NCBI RefSeq assembly: GCF_001194135.2
Contig: NC_068983.1
Coordinates: forward strand, 157,296,720 to 157,360,719
Length of the DNA stretch: 64,000 nucleotides
Direction: 5' to 3'
DNA from: Octopus bimaculoides
Lineage: Eukaryota
Of this stretch, positions 26,138 to 39,490 are shown piece by piece (position 1 is the first letter of the stretch; each line of letters starts with the position of its first letter). The translations under genes and the position numbers were made by a program. The notes below the pieces were generated by a model. It saw only the letters and a program-made list of their open reading frames with translations. It ran no database searches and had not been told where the DNA came from.

Positions 26138-28429
26138 NNNNNNNNNNNNNNNNNNNNNNNNNNNNNNNNNNNNNNNNNNNNNNNNNNNNNNNNNNNNNNN
26201 NNNNNNNNNNNNNNNNNNNNNNNNNNNNNNNNNNNNNNNNNNNNNNNNNNNNNNNNNNNNNNNNNNNNNNNNNNNNNNNNNNNNNNNNNNNNNNNNNNNN
26301 NNNNNNNNNNNNNNNNNNNNNNNNNNNNNNNNNNNNNNNNNNNNNNNNNNNNNNNNNNNNNNNNNNNNNNNNNNNNNNNNNNNNNNNNNNNNNNNNNNNN
26401 NNNNNNNNNNNNNNNNNNNNNNNNNNNNNNNNNNNNNNNNNNNNNNNNNNNNNNNNNNNNNNNNNNNNNNNNNNNNNNNNNNNNNNNNNNNNNNNNNNNN
26501 NNNNNNNNNNNNNNNNNNNNNNNNNNNNNNNNNNNNNNNNNNNNNNNNNNNNNNNNNNNNNNNNNNNNNNNNNNNNNNNNNNNNNNNNNNNNNNNNNNNN
26601 GGGGGGGGCATAACATATATATAAAATATATGTATGTATATATATATATGTGTGTGTGTGTGGACGGGAAACCCAGGGTAACTGCATAAACCGGTCTCTC
26701 CCAGTAAAAAACTTTAACTGCTCTACTCCTTAGAGTGTGCTTCTCCGGATTTATGTTTTCTAAAAATATGTGTGTGTGTATTATATTATATCACCTGGTA
26801 ATTTTTCTTTATATTACGGTAGCGTTTCCTTGTTATGAAATGTGACATAATTCTAGCTTTCACACAGCATTCTGTGGTCAAAACACTATTTTATTAAGCA
26901 CAAATTCTAATTGCAAAATCAATTACCAGAAAAACGAAGACTTATTTTTCAAGTAGACGTCCCAAAATCAAAAGTATTCTGGATGTGATAGTCTTGTATA
27001 TTTTCAATCGTAGAGAAGGCTAATTGAACGATTCCTTTGTCCTTTTCTTTACTCCTCTCTCACTTTTTCATCGCTTTTTCTAAGACAGAAGGGTGATATT
27101 TGAAAGAAATTTAGATACTTTTCGAGCGATTACTTACTGGTTGTAGGCCTTGGACAGACAAATAGCATTTAAACAATATAACTAATGATACAATATTTTT
27201 CTAATCACTTCCCCTACAAATACAGTTACTTTTAATATTCTTAGAATAAGTGTGTTAGAAAACAATTTTAAAGTTTATTAAGAAGTAAATAGGGGCAAGT
27301 CAAATAGAAAGTGAAAATGATTGGTTTATTCAGAAAGCCTCATCACAACCGCACGCGCGGGGGGGGGGGGCGCACACAGCACACAAACATTTTTTGCCTT
27401 GTTTCAGTCATTAGACTGGAGCACCGCCTTGAAGGATTTTTAGTCGAACGAATCGACCACACTACTTATTTTAAGCCTGGTGCTTATTCCATCGGTCCCT
27501 TTAGCCGAAACGCTATGTTATGGGGACGTAAACAAGTTTCTAGTTAACCTCTATGTCTGAAGTTTGTAGCTCTTCCACCCTCTCATCAAATTTTTCAATG
27601 AGGATGTCCCTAAATCTCTGATCTGGCCATGTGAAGGGTTCTTTAGCTTCCAAATCCTTCTTTTCTGGATTGTCCTGAAGTTGAAATGATCACACACATG
27701 TGATCACTTTTTACCCAATTAGAAAACAGGATTTTTGTACGCGATAGCTATGACAAAATGAAAGTAAACATGAGATGACCAGGTTTTAAACAAAATGAAA
27801 GTAATGCGTGAGAGTTAATACATACGAAAAGAAAGTGAGTGGCAAAGAGTATGGCAAATTACAGAGAGAGATAGATTTATGGTGATAGATAGAGAGTGGG
27901 AGAATTGTCGATCTGAAAATTGAGTTATTTGTGGTAGAGGACTATACTTTTCTGTTCTTTGATTTTGAGATCAAGTTCGTTTTTCTTGAGGACACACCAT
28001 TTCAAAGCCCTTCTGGACTAAAAATACATACATGACCACATACACTTGCATTTATATATTATATATGCGTGTGAAAAAATGAACAGAAATAGCTTTTCTG
28101 ATAATTTTTCCACTTTAATAATTAGATGTTTACAAATAGAAAATTATCAGAAAAGCCATTTCTATTCATTTTTTCAAATATATAATACTGTAGCGAGGAC
28201 TTTCTATTTCCTATTCTACTATATGTATGTATGTACTGTATTTATCGACATTGTTCGGATGGTGCTTTTTACATGCCATCGGCACGGGGAGACAGTCAGG
28301 CGGCACTGGCAACAACCTACACATGAATGGTGCTTACCGTGTGCCACCAGCACGAGAACCAGTCAGGCAGCACTGGCATTGGCCACAACTACAATTTCCA
28401 TTTGATTGTAATTTGATTTTTGATTGTGA

Positions 28430-29200
28430 TTTTACTTGACTCATAGAGCTCCTCAAGCATGGCATGTCGCTCAAAGTACTTTTTAAACGGGCTGGTTATG
28501 AAACACTGGTATAGGCTATGGCTGTGATCTCACTTTACTTCCTGGGTCTTCTCAATCACAGCATTTGTCTAGAAATCTCGGTCTTTCATCATCGCCTCTA
28601 TGAGGCCCAATGTTCGAAGGTCATGCTTCACCACCTCATCCCATGTCTTCCTGGGTTTCCTGCTTCCACGGGTTCCTTCCACTGCTAGGAAGTGATACTT
28701 CTTCACACAGCTGTCCTCATCCATACACACCACATGACTATACCAGTGCAGTTGTCTCTCTTGCACACCACATCTGATGCTTCTTATGTCTAACATTTCT
28801 CTCAGAGTGCTTACACTCTGTCGTGTTTGCACACTGACATTACACATCCAGAGGATGATATTAGCTTGATTTCTTTCAAGCCTACCCATGTCTTCAGCAG
28901 TCACGGCCCATGTTTCACTGCTGTGTAGCATGGCAGTTTGCACACATGCATCATACAATCTCCCTTTCACTCTGAGTGAGAGGCCCTTTGTCACCAGTAG
29001 AGGTAGGAGCTTTCTGAACTTTGCTCAGGCCATTCTTATTCTAGTGGCAATGCTCTCTGAGCATCCACTCCCACTGAAGACTTGGCCACATAGGTATCAG
29101 AAGCTGTCAACTACTTCTAATTTCTCACCCTGGCATGTGATAGAAGCTAGAGACTTCTCTACTCCCTTACTTTTACCCCCTCCCCTTACTTAGCGGTCTA
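28430..29200 (-). mobile_element. RTE-clade LINE 3' fragment
   Basis: KGRLYDACVQTAMLHSSETWA...GTRGSRKPRKTWDEVVKHDLRTLGL, the RTE ORF C-terminus. Confidence 0.85.
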
Positions 29201-30549
29201 TCACCTCTGGTTTATGTGTGTTGTGCATAACTGGAAAGAAAACCCATTAGAGCTCAGAGGATTAAGTCATCTAGAGTTATTTTCCTTGCATAAGGGCTAG
29301 AGTGTCTTCATGGTGTAAGGAGTAACTACTTGCACTGTGGTGTTGATGTGTGTACAGAAAATGGGGACGAGGTAGGTGGCTAATTTTAAAATTATGTATG
29401 TCTGAATGCACATACGTATGTATACATACACACACGTGTTTGTAGTAATAAGCTGGGTGTGACAAACTTTGTGTTGAGCCTCCAGATAGTGTGGTAGAAA
29501 GTACTGATGGTGGAAGCCCTGATGTTTATAATCATAGTGCAATTTGCTAGTATCCAAGTACATATTTCCTTTCATGTGGGCAGGATTGGAAAATTTTGCT
29601 TTGACTGTTTAGGTAGGGATCTGGGTGAAGAGAGTTCTTTAGTAAAATTTTCTCCACCAAGTACAGCCTGAATATCCTACTGCCTGTTTGCACTTCTCTA
29701 GTGCTCTCCACTTCATGCTTTAATCTGGTCTTCTTTCAACAACCATATATGCCTAGCTAGAGCTATGATTTTTCAACTCTCCTGGATATTATGTTTGTTA
29801 AATCTAGTCCTGAATGGACCTTCTGTAACACAAACATATTTCAGCACATCTGTCTGCCTGCTGGAGTCCTTTGACATCACTTCTGCTTCATATACAATGG
29901 TCTTTGAGCTACATTTGGCTGTTAAGTGGACATGTGATGTCTGTTTCAAGTACAGGCAACTTACTAATTTTTCTTTATACTAGGTGCACAGCTAAAGGAA
30001 ATTCAAGTGTGTCTATTAAATATTTTTATGAACCTATGTATTTGGTGTAAGTGTTTATCCACTAAAATAAGAAAGATCTTACCTATACAAGCTTTATGTT
30101 CTGGGAGAACAGGGTATGAACCAAAAGACTTTTTGGTGGTGTTTTCTCTTGTAACTAATTCAATCCTTAAATCTGCTGGTGACCAGGGCTGTGTTGTTGT
30201 CTGGGATTGCATCATCTCTTAACTAGAAGACTCTCTTAACCAGGTTCTTGAACACTGTGACTGGATGACAAGCCATATTAATATATGTCAGCCTCTTGTT
30301 CAGTTTCCTAAAGGGCCTATACATGCCAGTTTCTAAGTTTAAGGTCACATGAAGGAAATCAATCACCCTTAGTTTGGTTTCTATGGTGACTTTGAGTCTA
30401 ACAGGATTCGGAATACAGGTTAGGTCTGTAAACTACCTTTCTCTCACCTCTTTTGTTTTCAGTCATTCATGCACATTTACATTATGCATCTAGCAAAGCA
30501 TGCATCAATATTTTTTCTAGTGTTTATATGTCATCTGTATTCAGTATCC

Positions 30550-32050
30550 ATACATCACAACTATACAGTTTGTACACCGGCATCAAATAATTTGCCTTTC
30601 ACTTTGAGAATGGAACTTTGTTACCAGCTCCTTAAACTTCTTCCATCTCATTTTTACTTTAGCTATGCTTCTACCTCCACTGCTAATCAGGTCACCTAGA
30701 TAACAGATAAACTACTTCTAGGGAACTGTCAAAACATCTGAGAAAAACCATTTTTGAGTGCTTACACTTTCTGAGCATCTGCCATAAAGTCTATCTTCTC
30801 TTATTCCATTGCACCTTTTGAGTGTCCATATTTTTTACACTGGGTATGCTAAATGGAATTTATACTCACTCCTTTCCTGCATATCAAGCATGGTTATTTT
30901 CCTGATGATAGCAGGATCCTGTTTTCTTTTCTGCTAATACTTTAGTCTTTGCCTTAGTTTACCTTAAGGTCTCCCACTTTTTGATTTTGGTTTCGGGTCT
31001 TCCTAATTATGGCTTAAAAAACTCCAGGGATAGCTGGTTTTAACTCATTTGTTATGTCCTGGAGGATTATGCTAAATAGAAGAGGCTGAGCCTAATGAAC
31101 CTCTACTTACATGCTGAGTTCATCAATGTACTCATTGTTCTCACCTTGTTGACTGTACCTCTATACATGAGTGGCAAAGCCCTCGCAAGCTATTCATCTA
31201 CTCTTAGCAGTCACTAGATTACAGTGTGGGGATCCTGTCAAAAGCCTTCTCCAGGTCAACAAATACTAGTACAACAGCTTACTAAGTACTTTTCCTACAG
31301 CTATTCCATAAACAAAAATGCATCACAGTGTACCTTTTCCTGGTAGAAAGCCGAACGAAATATCATGCGGGATAATTTTCTACCTAATCAGCAGTGCTCT
31401 AATTCTTCCAGTAATTTTCATAGCCAGATCTATCAACTTGATATTCTGTAATTTCCTCTATCTTATGTATTTCCTTTGTTTTGTATCGGTTGATGATGTT
31501 ATTGTTACTCTAGCCATTGGATATGATCTTTCCTATACCACCTGACTAACTTTTTCTCTGTCCTACTCATTTGTATGTGTTAAAAGCTTTAATCATATCA
31601 GCAACCATTCTTGATGTCTCAGCCATCACATTTTTAATTACTTTATCAACTGTATTGCTGCCAACTTGTATAGCTGGATCCCCTATTGAATCTACTTGGT
31701 AGGCCTTATATTTCTCATGAATTCTGTACACTTAACAAACTCTTGTAGCACTTCAATACCTCTCCCTTTTCACCAAGAGCAAATGCACAGCTATTATTCC
31801 ATATACAAATCAATTTTCTCTTGCACAGTCTTGCAGTTCAGAATACTTCAATCCTTTGATCTCTATGTTGCAGAATATGCAAGATCCTTTTATTTTCTCT
31901 TTCCCTCTTAACTAAATATACTTACTACCTAACTTTTTTCTAGTTCCTAGATATTACTCTCTGCTGACTCATTCTTCCAGTCTTTTCAAGCATATCTCTT
32001 TGCTTTTATGGTTTTGTCTACCTCAGTATTCTACACAACACCACTCTCAT
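30550..32050 (-). mobile_element. Old RTE-clade LINE reverse transcriptase remnant
   Basis: Degenerate FGFLPGKG, FVDLEKAFDRIP and GVHQGS.LSPLLF motifs with many stops. Confidence 0.7.
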
Positions 32051-32229
32051 ACTCTCAGTATGGTTGTACCTTGCACCAGCTACAAGTTTGGTAAGCAGCT
32101 CTCATCATCATATATGCTTTAATGTGTTAGCCCACTTATGCGTACCTTTCCTTCATTGGACACTAAACTCTGCTTGCGAAGACCTGTTGAGGCAAGTGAA
32201 ATCGATATCAAATTCGATGACAGCACCAC

Positions 32230-32698
32230 ATGACTGGCATCCATGCTAGTGAAGTGCTAAGAGCACCATCCAAGCGTGATCGTTGCCAGGGCTGCTGACT
32301 GGCTCCCGTGCCGGTGGCAAGTAAAAAGCATCATTCGAGTGTGATCGTTGCCAACGTCGCCTTACTGGTACTTGTGCCGGTGGCATGTGAAAAACAACAT
32401 TCGAGCAAGGTCGTTGCCAGTGCTGCTGGATTGGCTCATGTGCAGGTAGCATGTAAAAAACACCATTTGAGTGTGGCCGTTGCCAGTACCGCCTGACTGG
32501 CCCTTGTGCCAGTGGCATGTAAAAGCACCTACTACACTCTCGGAGTGGTTGACATTAGGAAAGGCATCCAGCTGTAGAAACTCTGCCAGATCAGATTGGA
32601 GCCTGGTGCAGCCATTTGGCTTGCCAGTCCTCAGTCAAACCATCCAACCCATGCCAGCATGGAAAGCAGACATTAAACGATGATGATGATGATGATGA
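32230..32698 (+). mobile_element. Long copy of the (GAT)n-tailed repeat with internal tandem subunits
   Basis: Several repeated GTGCCRGTGGCA.GTAAAA subunits precede the shared core. Confidence 0.75.
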
Positions 32699-35600
32699 TA
32701 TATATATCTACTTAATAATAGCTGATGTAAATGTTGGTTCGTATGTAAGTTAGTTCCCCCACTCACTGTGAAAATTAACATAAGAGATGCAAGATAAGTG
32801 CACATACTAGGCTTGGTGGCAGGCTACACACATGCATTCAGTCAGAAACAAAGAGTCACAGAAACATGGTGGAAAAATTATACCTCTAAAGTTACCCATC
32901 ATATGATGGGTAACACTCTTTCTCTTTATATATATTATACATAATTCAAACATTACCTGATATAGAGAGAACAGATACGCTTATTTTATTAAACAAATGA
33001 CTGTCATCTCAAGTTATGATAAGCCAATAGTGAAACACAATAAACTGTCATTTTATTATATAAACACACACATAATTTTTAATGGATTATTTGAAATAAC
33101 TCAACTGGGCTAATGGCATGGATTTGAATAATTAAGTAAAAGGGTGATACATTGAATGCTGTACAATTAACTGAAATTTTCTTCTTAGTTGAAGAAATAT
33201 ATTAAAAATCTAGTTGCATTTACCAGTGATGCTCAAAGAAAAGGGAGAGATAATCTCAAGAAATTATTACGATGTTAATTTCTCCAGTGAACTTACAAGC
33301 TTAAGAAAAGGTTGCTCTAATCTTTGTTTACAGGTAATGAACAACTGTGAACATATTTCAGTATATTTGGCCTCATCAACATAGCAAAGTCAAACCAAGT
33401 TTTCAGGTCAGTTGATAGTTCTTGCTAAAAGAACTATAGAAAGAGATATGAATGAGTTTTGGCTAAAAGAATTTGCAAAACTAAAAGAAATATGAGCTAA
33501 GGGAATAATTCAAGTGGGCCAATGGCAAGTATTTGGATAATAAATTTTAAGTATGATGTACTGAATGCCACAGATATTAATTAGAATTTCCAATTCAATT
33601 GGATGAAAGGAGTGAGAGAATAATGAGAGGGACAGTCATCTAGTTGAAAGGAGAGTAAAGACAGGAGTAATGGAAATGTGACAGTGTGAGAGGAAGTTAT
33701 GGAAGAGAGGCAATGATGGCAGCTATATATTTGCTGCTGAGAGAACGAGAGACTGAGCAGTAGATGATAATATAGAGAAGAGTGATGATAAGGAAGCATG
33801 GTGGATGTCACTAATGAGTAGTCTGCGGGAAAGGGAGTGATTCATGGCAAAACAGAAAATGTGTGGTAGAGTGTATTGGTTACCAAAAGATCAGATTCTA
33901 TCCCTCATATATCAATGTCTTGATGTAAGACAGATAGACTGATAAGAGTTATGGGAGAATGTGCACGAGTCCAAAGCTGATCTTCTTACATATGCATGTT
34001 GATGGAAGAGAGAGATGTCAGCACAGAAAAGGTGTGGTAGAGTTTAAACAGCAAATCTGATTCTATTCCTCATACACAGGCATCTTGATGTATGTGTGTG
34101 TAAGAGAAAGAGAGAGAGAGATGGATGTGGGTGATGGTAGAATATGCATAGGGCCAAAGTTATTTTTCATATACATGCACCTTTATGGAAGAGAGGGTAA
34201 GTAATAAGGGAGTTGGTAGGATATACACACATCCAGTACCATCTGTTTTTACCTGAACAACATAGTATAATGAATAGGAGAGAGGGTGAGTGATAGATAT
34301 GAGTAATGGGGGGAATAAATTATAGAGAAAAGATATATTACCAAAGAAGCTAGGTGAAGACAACAGATAGAAAGTTTACAACAACATATTTAGCAGGAGC
34401 CCTCATACCTCTTAGATTCCATCATTACCACCATTTAATGTGCAATTTGCCATGCTTGCACTGGAGGACAGGTTTTATCTATCATCATGTAAAGGCAGTC
34501 TTCACATTCTTTTGTGAAGCTTAGCATTCTGAGGATGGGCTTCATCACTTCATCTCATGTTTTCTTAGATCTCACTCTTCCAAAAGTTACATACACTTTG
34601 AACACTCAGTAGTTCTTTCTAGGGCTGTCACTCTGCATACACATGTTCACAACAGCAAAATATTCTCTTTTGTTCACATTTGATTCCTTTCATGTCTAGC
34701 TTTTCTCCCATTTTATTTATACTTTGTCTTTCATATATACTAACATTACACATCTAGAGAAATATGCTCACTTCATTTCTTTCTAATCTTTCTAAGTCCT
34801 CTGAATTCAAGACCCATGATGCACTATCATACAGCAGCACACTTTTGTACACAAGCACCATGCAATCTGGCCTTCACTCTAAGTGAAAAGCTTTGTTGCT
34901 AGCGGAGGTTTAAGTTTCCTGAAATCTATCTAGCCTGTTTTTGTTATTATGCTTTCAGAACACCCATCCCTGAAGTTAATTAGGTCAGCTGAGTGGCAAA
35001 AGTTGTCAGCTACTTTTAGGAAATCTATTTCTCATGTGCTCTTGTTGCTTATTGCTCTGGTGCACCTGCTGCATATGAAATCTACTTTCTCTGTCAGTAA
35101 GCTCACAACACCTCTTATGTGTCCATACTTTACATTGGGTATATCATATGTAATTTCTACATACTTACTTTCTGTATATTTATAAGGTGGGTCAAACAGG
35201 TCCAGTGCTAACCCTACTTACACTAGCAAAATGGTACAGTGGCTAAGAGAGATCAACTGTTATCCTTTGTTATATAGATAGTATGATACTATTATTAGAA
35301 GAGATGGTGAGTGCAACAAGAATGAACAATAGTAAGAGAGATCAGTGATGAAAATATGAATTATAGACAAAAGAGAGGGTATCAAGGAGGTTAGGGGCAA
35401 CAGACGGAAGGCCAACAGCAACAAATCTGGAAGAGACCATATCTCTCCTAGCTTTCATCCCTACCACCATCTGACATTTGCTTTGTCACACTTGTACTGG
35501 TAGATGGGTTTTCTCTAGTGCTGCATGTCAATAATCATGACAGTCTTTTGTAATTTCCTTTGTAAGGTTCAATTTGCTATGCACGAACATGTGCAAACAA

Positions 35601-36073
35601 ATTTGTTTTAGAATACAACTTGGCAAGTTCATACTCATTAATACTTTTCAACCACTTGTTAACTAGCAAGCAACATCCTCCCCTATCTTTTATTGAAACT
35701 AGAACATGTGTTCAGTTAAACCTTAAGACAGTGCTGTCTTAAAGCAGGGGCTTATTGGCTGGTTGTCTAGGGGCTTCTTGTGTCCAGAAGGCTCAATGTT
35801 AATCTATGTATAATGTAGTTATGTATATAGAAGCCCTGTTGCATTGTCTTGCTCAAGGGCCTATATTGCTTTAAGATTATGCATACACTTTTCCTCTTCA
35901 TATCACACCAATATTTCAAACCTCAGATACCATTCTAAATACTTTCTACAATCTTTCTTATCTATAAATGGATTTCTCTGCAACTCACTTTCCACCCTCA
36001 TATTCTTTTATCAACAGCTTGCAACAATCCAGACATCAACCATACTAAATTCATTTAGTTATACAAGATGTTT

Positions 36074-36716
36074 GGATCTATTTCAAAACGGGGGCACCAG
36101 TTTTCATTTATGTTTTATGTAGTGTTTTTGGTACCAAAAGACTTTCAAACTTTGTATACTTATCTATTTTGTGTTATAGAACAGAAAAAATTTTTTGTAT
36201 TCGAATTTATTTCATGTAAAAAATTGTCTTATTTCGATAATTTCTACTAATCACTGACGTCTATTCAGTTGAAAACAGTTAGCGCTGTAACGGTGTATAT
36301 CGTATTAATCCCCTAACCCTAACCCTAACCAGACTGTTAACCCTAACCCTAACCCTAACTCTAGAATCCGAACTCTAAAATTGTTACACACATAGATACG
36401 CACAGCGTAATTTATTATATAAACAATATATGCGTATAAATTACGATTAAACCGGATGAAATATGTCACAGGGAATAACATTTTTATGACCGCCCAGCAG
36501 TAACTCTATTCAGCTGAATAGACGTCAGTGATTGGTTGAAATTACAGAAATACGACAACTTTAACATGGAATAACTTGCGATGTACGTTTTTTTGTTAAG
36601 AAGACTAAGAGTAAAAGATGTTTTATATGACACATTCTACCAGTGTCCCAAGTTTCAAAGTGTTTCGTTAGTGTTTCGTTAAGAAAATACTGGTGCCCCC
36701 GTTTTGAAATAGATCC
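36074..36716. mobile_element. Non-autonomous DNA transposon (MITE), Merlin-like, with internal (CCCTAA)n
   Basis: Perfect 28-bp TIR GGATCTATTTCAAAACGGGGGCACCAGT and exact 8-bp TSD AGATGTTT (36066-36073 / 36717-36724). Internal inverted match AATCACTGACGTCTATTCAG; telomere-like repeats at about 36311-36360. Confidence 0.85.
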
Positions 36717-37733
36717 AGATGTTTAGCTAGGAAGTGGGCGTAAGTAATGTTTATGGGCACTGTCCTGCTACATCAGACTAACAAACAAAAGTTTATAGTT
36801 AGAATGATTTATAAATTTATTTTGATTGATGATGAAACAAACACTGAAAAAAGGTTTCACAGCTGTAGTTTGTAAGGCACAATTTGGTTAAGTTTTAAGT
36901 TAAATTTACTTCAACTTCAGTAAAAAGGATCCACATGACTGCTGCTGTAATGATACATGAAATAAATATTAATTTTCTTTTCAGAAAATTTACCAGTTTA
37001 ACATATTTACAAAAATATACAAACTTAATCAAAATATTTAGCACTATACCGAAATATTTTTGCATGAAAGAAGATTCAAGATAAATCTATATGAATTAAA
37101 CAAATAATTACAGGAATAATAAATTTTAATCATAGAAATACAAAAATCCAATGTTTATTTACAAAATAATTATTCCAGATTTCATAAATCAATATTTAAA
37201 AAAAAAAAACTTTTAATATTAAAATAACAACTAAGGCTGCAAGTTGGCAGAATTGCTAGCAGGCTATGCAAAATGCTTAGTGGCANNNNNNNNNNNNNNN
37301 NNNNNNNNNNNNNNNNNNNNNNNNNNNNNNNNNNNNNNNNNNNNNNNNNNNNNNNNNNNNNNNNNNNNNNNNNNNNNNNNNNNNNNNNNNNNNNNNNNNN
37401 NNNNNNNNNNNNNNNNNNNNNNNNNNNNNNNNNNNNNNNNNNNNNNNNNNNNNNNNNNNNNNNNNNNNNNNNNNNNNNNNNNNNNNNNNNNNNNNNNNNN
37501 NNNNNNNNNNNNNNNNNNNNNNNNNNNNNNNNNNNNNNNNNNNNNNNNNNNNNNNNNNNNNNNNNNNNNNNNNNNNNNNNNNNNNNNNNNNNNNNNNNNN
37601 NNNNNNNNNNNNNNNNNNNNNNNNNNNNNNNNNNNNNNNNNNNNNNNNNNNNNNNNNNNNNNNNNNNNNNNNNNNNNNNNNNNNNNNNNNNNNNNNNNNN
37701 NNNNNNNNNNNNNNNNNNNNNNNNNNNNNNNNN

Positions 37734-37990
37734 TATGGCGTAGTGGTTAAGAGCGCGGGCTACTAACCCCAAGGTTCTGAGTTCGATTCACGGCAGCGAC
37801 CTGATTAATAATAGTAATAATAATAATAATAATATAATAATAGTAACATCGTTAGGAATGAGAACCCAGGTTCGAAATTTCCCCAAGACACCTGACGAAG
37901 GCTGGAGGGTATATCAGCCAAAACGTTGTGTTAACAACAAACAAGATGAGGACAAATATCCGGACAAATGTAAATAATGTAAATAATGTT
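37734..37990 (+). mobile_element. Third copy of the tRNA/hammerhead element
   Basis: Same head, (AAT)n linker, hammerhead motif at 37887-37932 with a CUGACGA core but GAAA>AAAA. Tail of repeated TGTAAATAA. 5' end abuts an N gap. Confidence 0.8.
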
Positions 37991-38299
37991 AATATTAAAG
38001 TAGTTAGTTATTTTTCAATCTTATACTTGAGGATATAGAGGAAACTAGAATGTATTTAAGTCATCATCATCATTTAATGTTTGCCTTCCATACTGGTAGA
38101 AGCTGGATGGTTTCATGGGATCCATCAAATCAGAGAACTGCATCATGCATCAATGTCTGCTTTGGCATGGTTTCCACAGCTGGATGTCCTTCATGACATC
38201 AACCATTTTACAGTGTGTACTGACTATTTTTCTCAAGTGGTATCAGCACTAGTGAGGTTTCCATGTAATTTGCAAAACTAACGGCCCAAAATGGCTCTT

Positions 38300-39200
38300 A
38301 TAACTGAAAGGGAACAGAAGAGAGAGGGTGCAATGTTTCTTGATATGATGATGAGAGAGGGTATGTTATCATGAGAGGAATATATTTATAGTTGTGAGAA
38401 GTGGTAGTGGAGAGAGTAATAGTGTAGTATGGAAGTGATAGGGGGAAAGAAGGGATTAGTGTCAGAGGTTAGTGAGAAAAGGAAAGACAGAATGGAAAAA
38501 TGATGAGATGTTTTGGTAGGTGGGGTCCAGTGCTATCATACATTATAAGGGCAAATATAGATAGAAGATACAAAGGAAAGGGAACATGAAAGGGAGAAAT
38601 AGATGAAGATTGTAGGAAATCTGAGGAGTTATTGAAGGAAAGAGTGATGTGGAGACAGGCCAGAGAGAGAGAGAGATGAAAAAGGATGTTGAAGAGGCAG
38701 AGAAGCAGTGAGAAGAGGACAGTAAGAGAAAGCAAAGCAGAAGATAGGAGAACAGTGGGCAAATGCAGCAAGAGCAATGAGGAAAAGAGAGGCTGAAGAG
38801 CACCATAGCGGTAAGGAGAAGAGCAGAATGTGAATGCATAGAAAGTATCCTAGATGGGAAGGCTGTGTAGAAATGGTGGTGAGAGAATGGGGGAATGCAG
38901 CAAAAGGAGTGAGAGGAAGAGAGAGTGGAGGGCATCCTAGATATGAAAAGGCAAGAGTAGGTGTTGGGTGGGATGTGTTGGTTGGCAGGACAACAATAGA
39001 GGCGACCCGAGTGAGTGTGTTGATTGATAGTATAGCAAGGCAAAGCTAGAATAGTGTACTTGGAGGGTGAGAAGGTAATCCAACCCAACCTCTTATAAGT
39101 GGGTTGAGGCAAGGAAGAAGGTGTCATAATGTGGTGAAGTGGATGATGTTGGGAGATGAGAGATGAGGAGGGTCTATGAATGGTGAAGAGATGAAAGTCA
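38300..39200. repeat. Purine-skewed (G/A-rich) low-complexity tract
   Basis: About 900 bp strongly depleted of C on the plus strand; a similar tract lies at about 33600-34380. Confidence 0.7.
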
Positions 39201-39490
39201 AGCAATTATAACATTGTGTATATGCGTGTGTGTGTGTGTGTGTGTGCATGAGTGAGAGTATCTATAATCACCAATGGTTCTAGGTTCAGCCCTACTGCAT
39301 GGTGCATTGGGCAAGCGTTTTCTCCTATAGCTCAGGTGAGGGTTGGAGACAGGAAGTGCATTTGGCTGTAGAAGATCCATCTCAACAAATTCTAAGCATG
39401 GAAAAGTGAATGTTGAGACCACAATGATGATGATGATGATATATATGCATGTAGGTATATAAAACACATAGAAAATAAATAATATTGTTC

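Noticed and set aside
32230-32540. Regularly repeated subunits resembling a CRISPR array
   Set aside because: Degenerate internal tandem units of a eukaryotic SINE-like repeat; no unique spacers and no cas genes.
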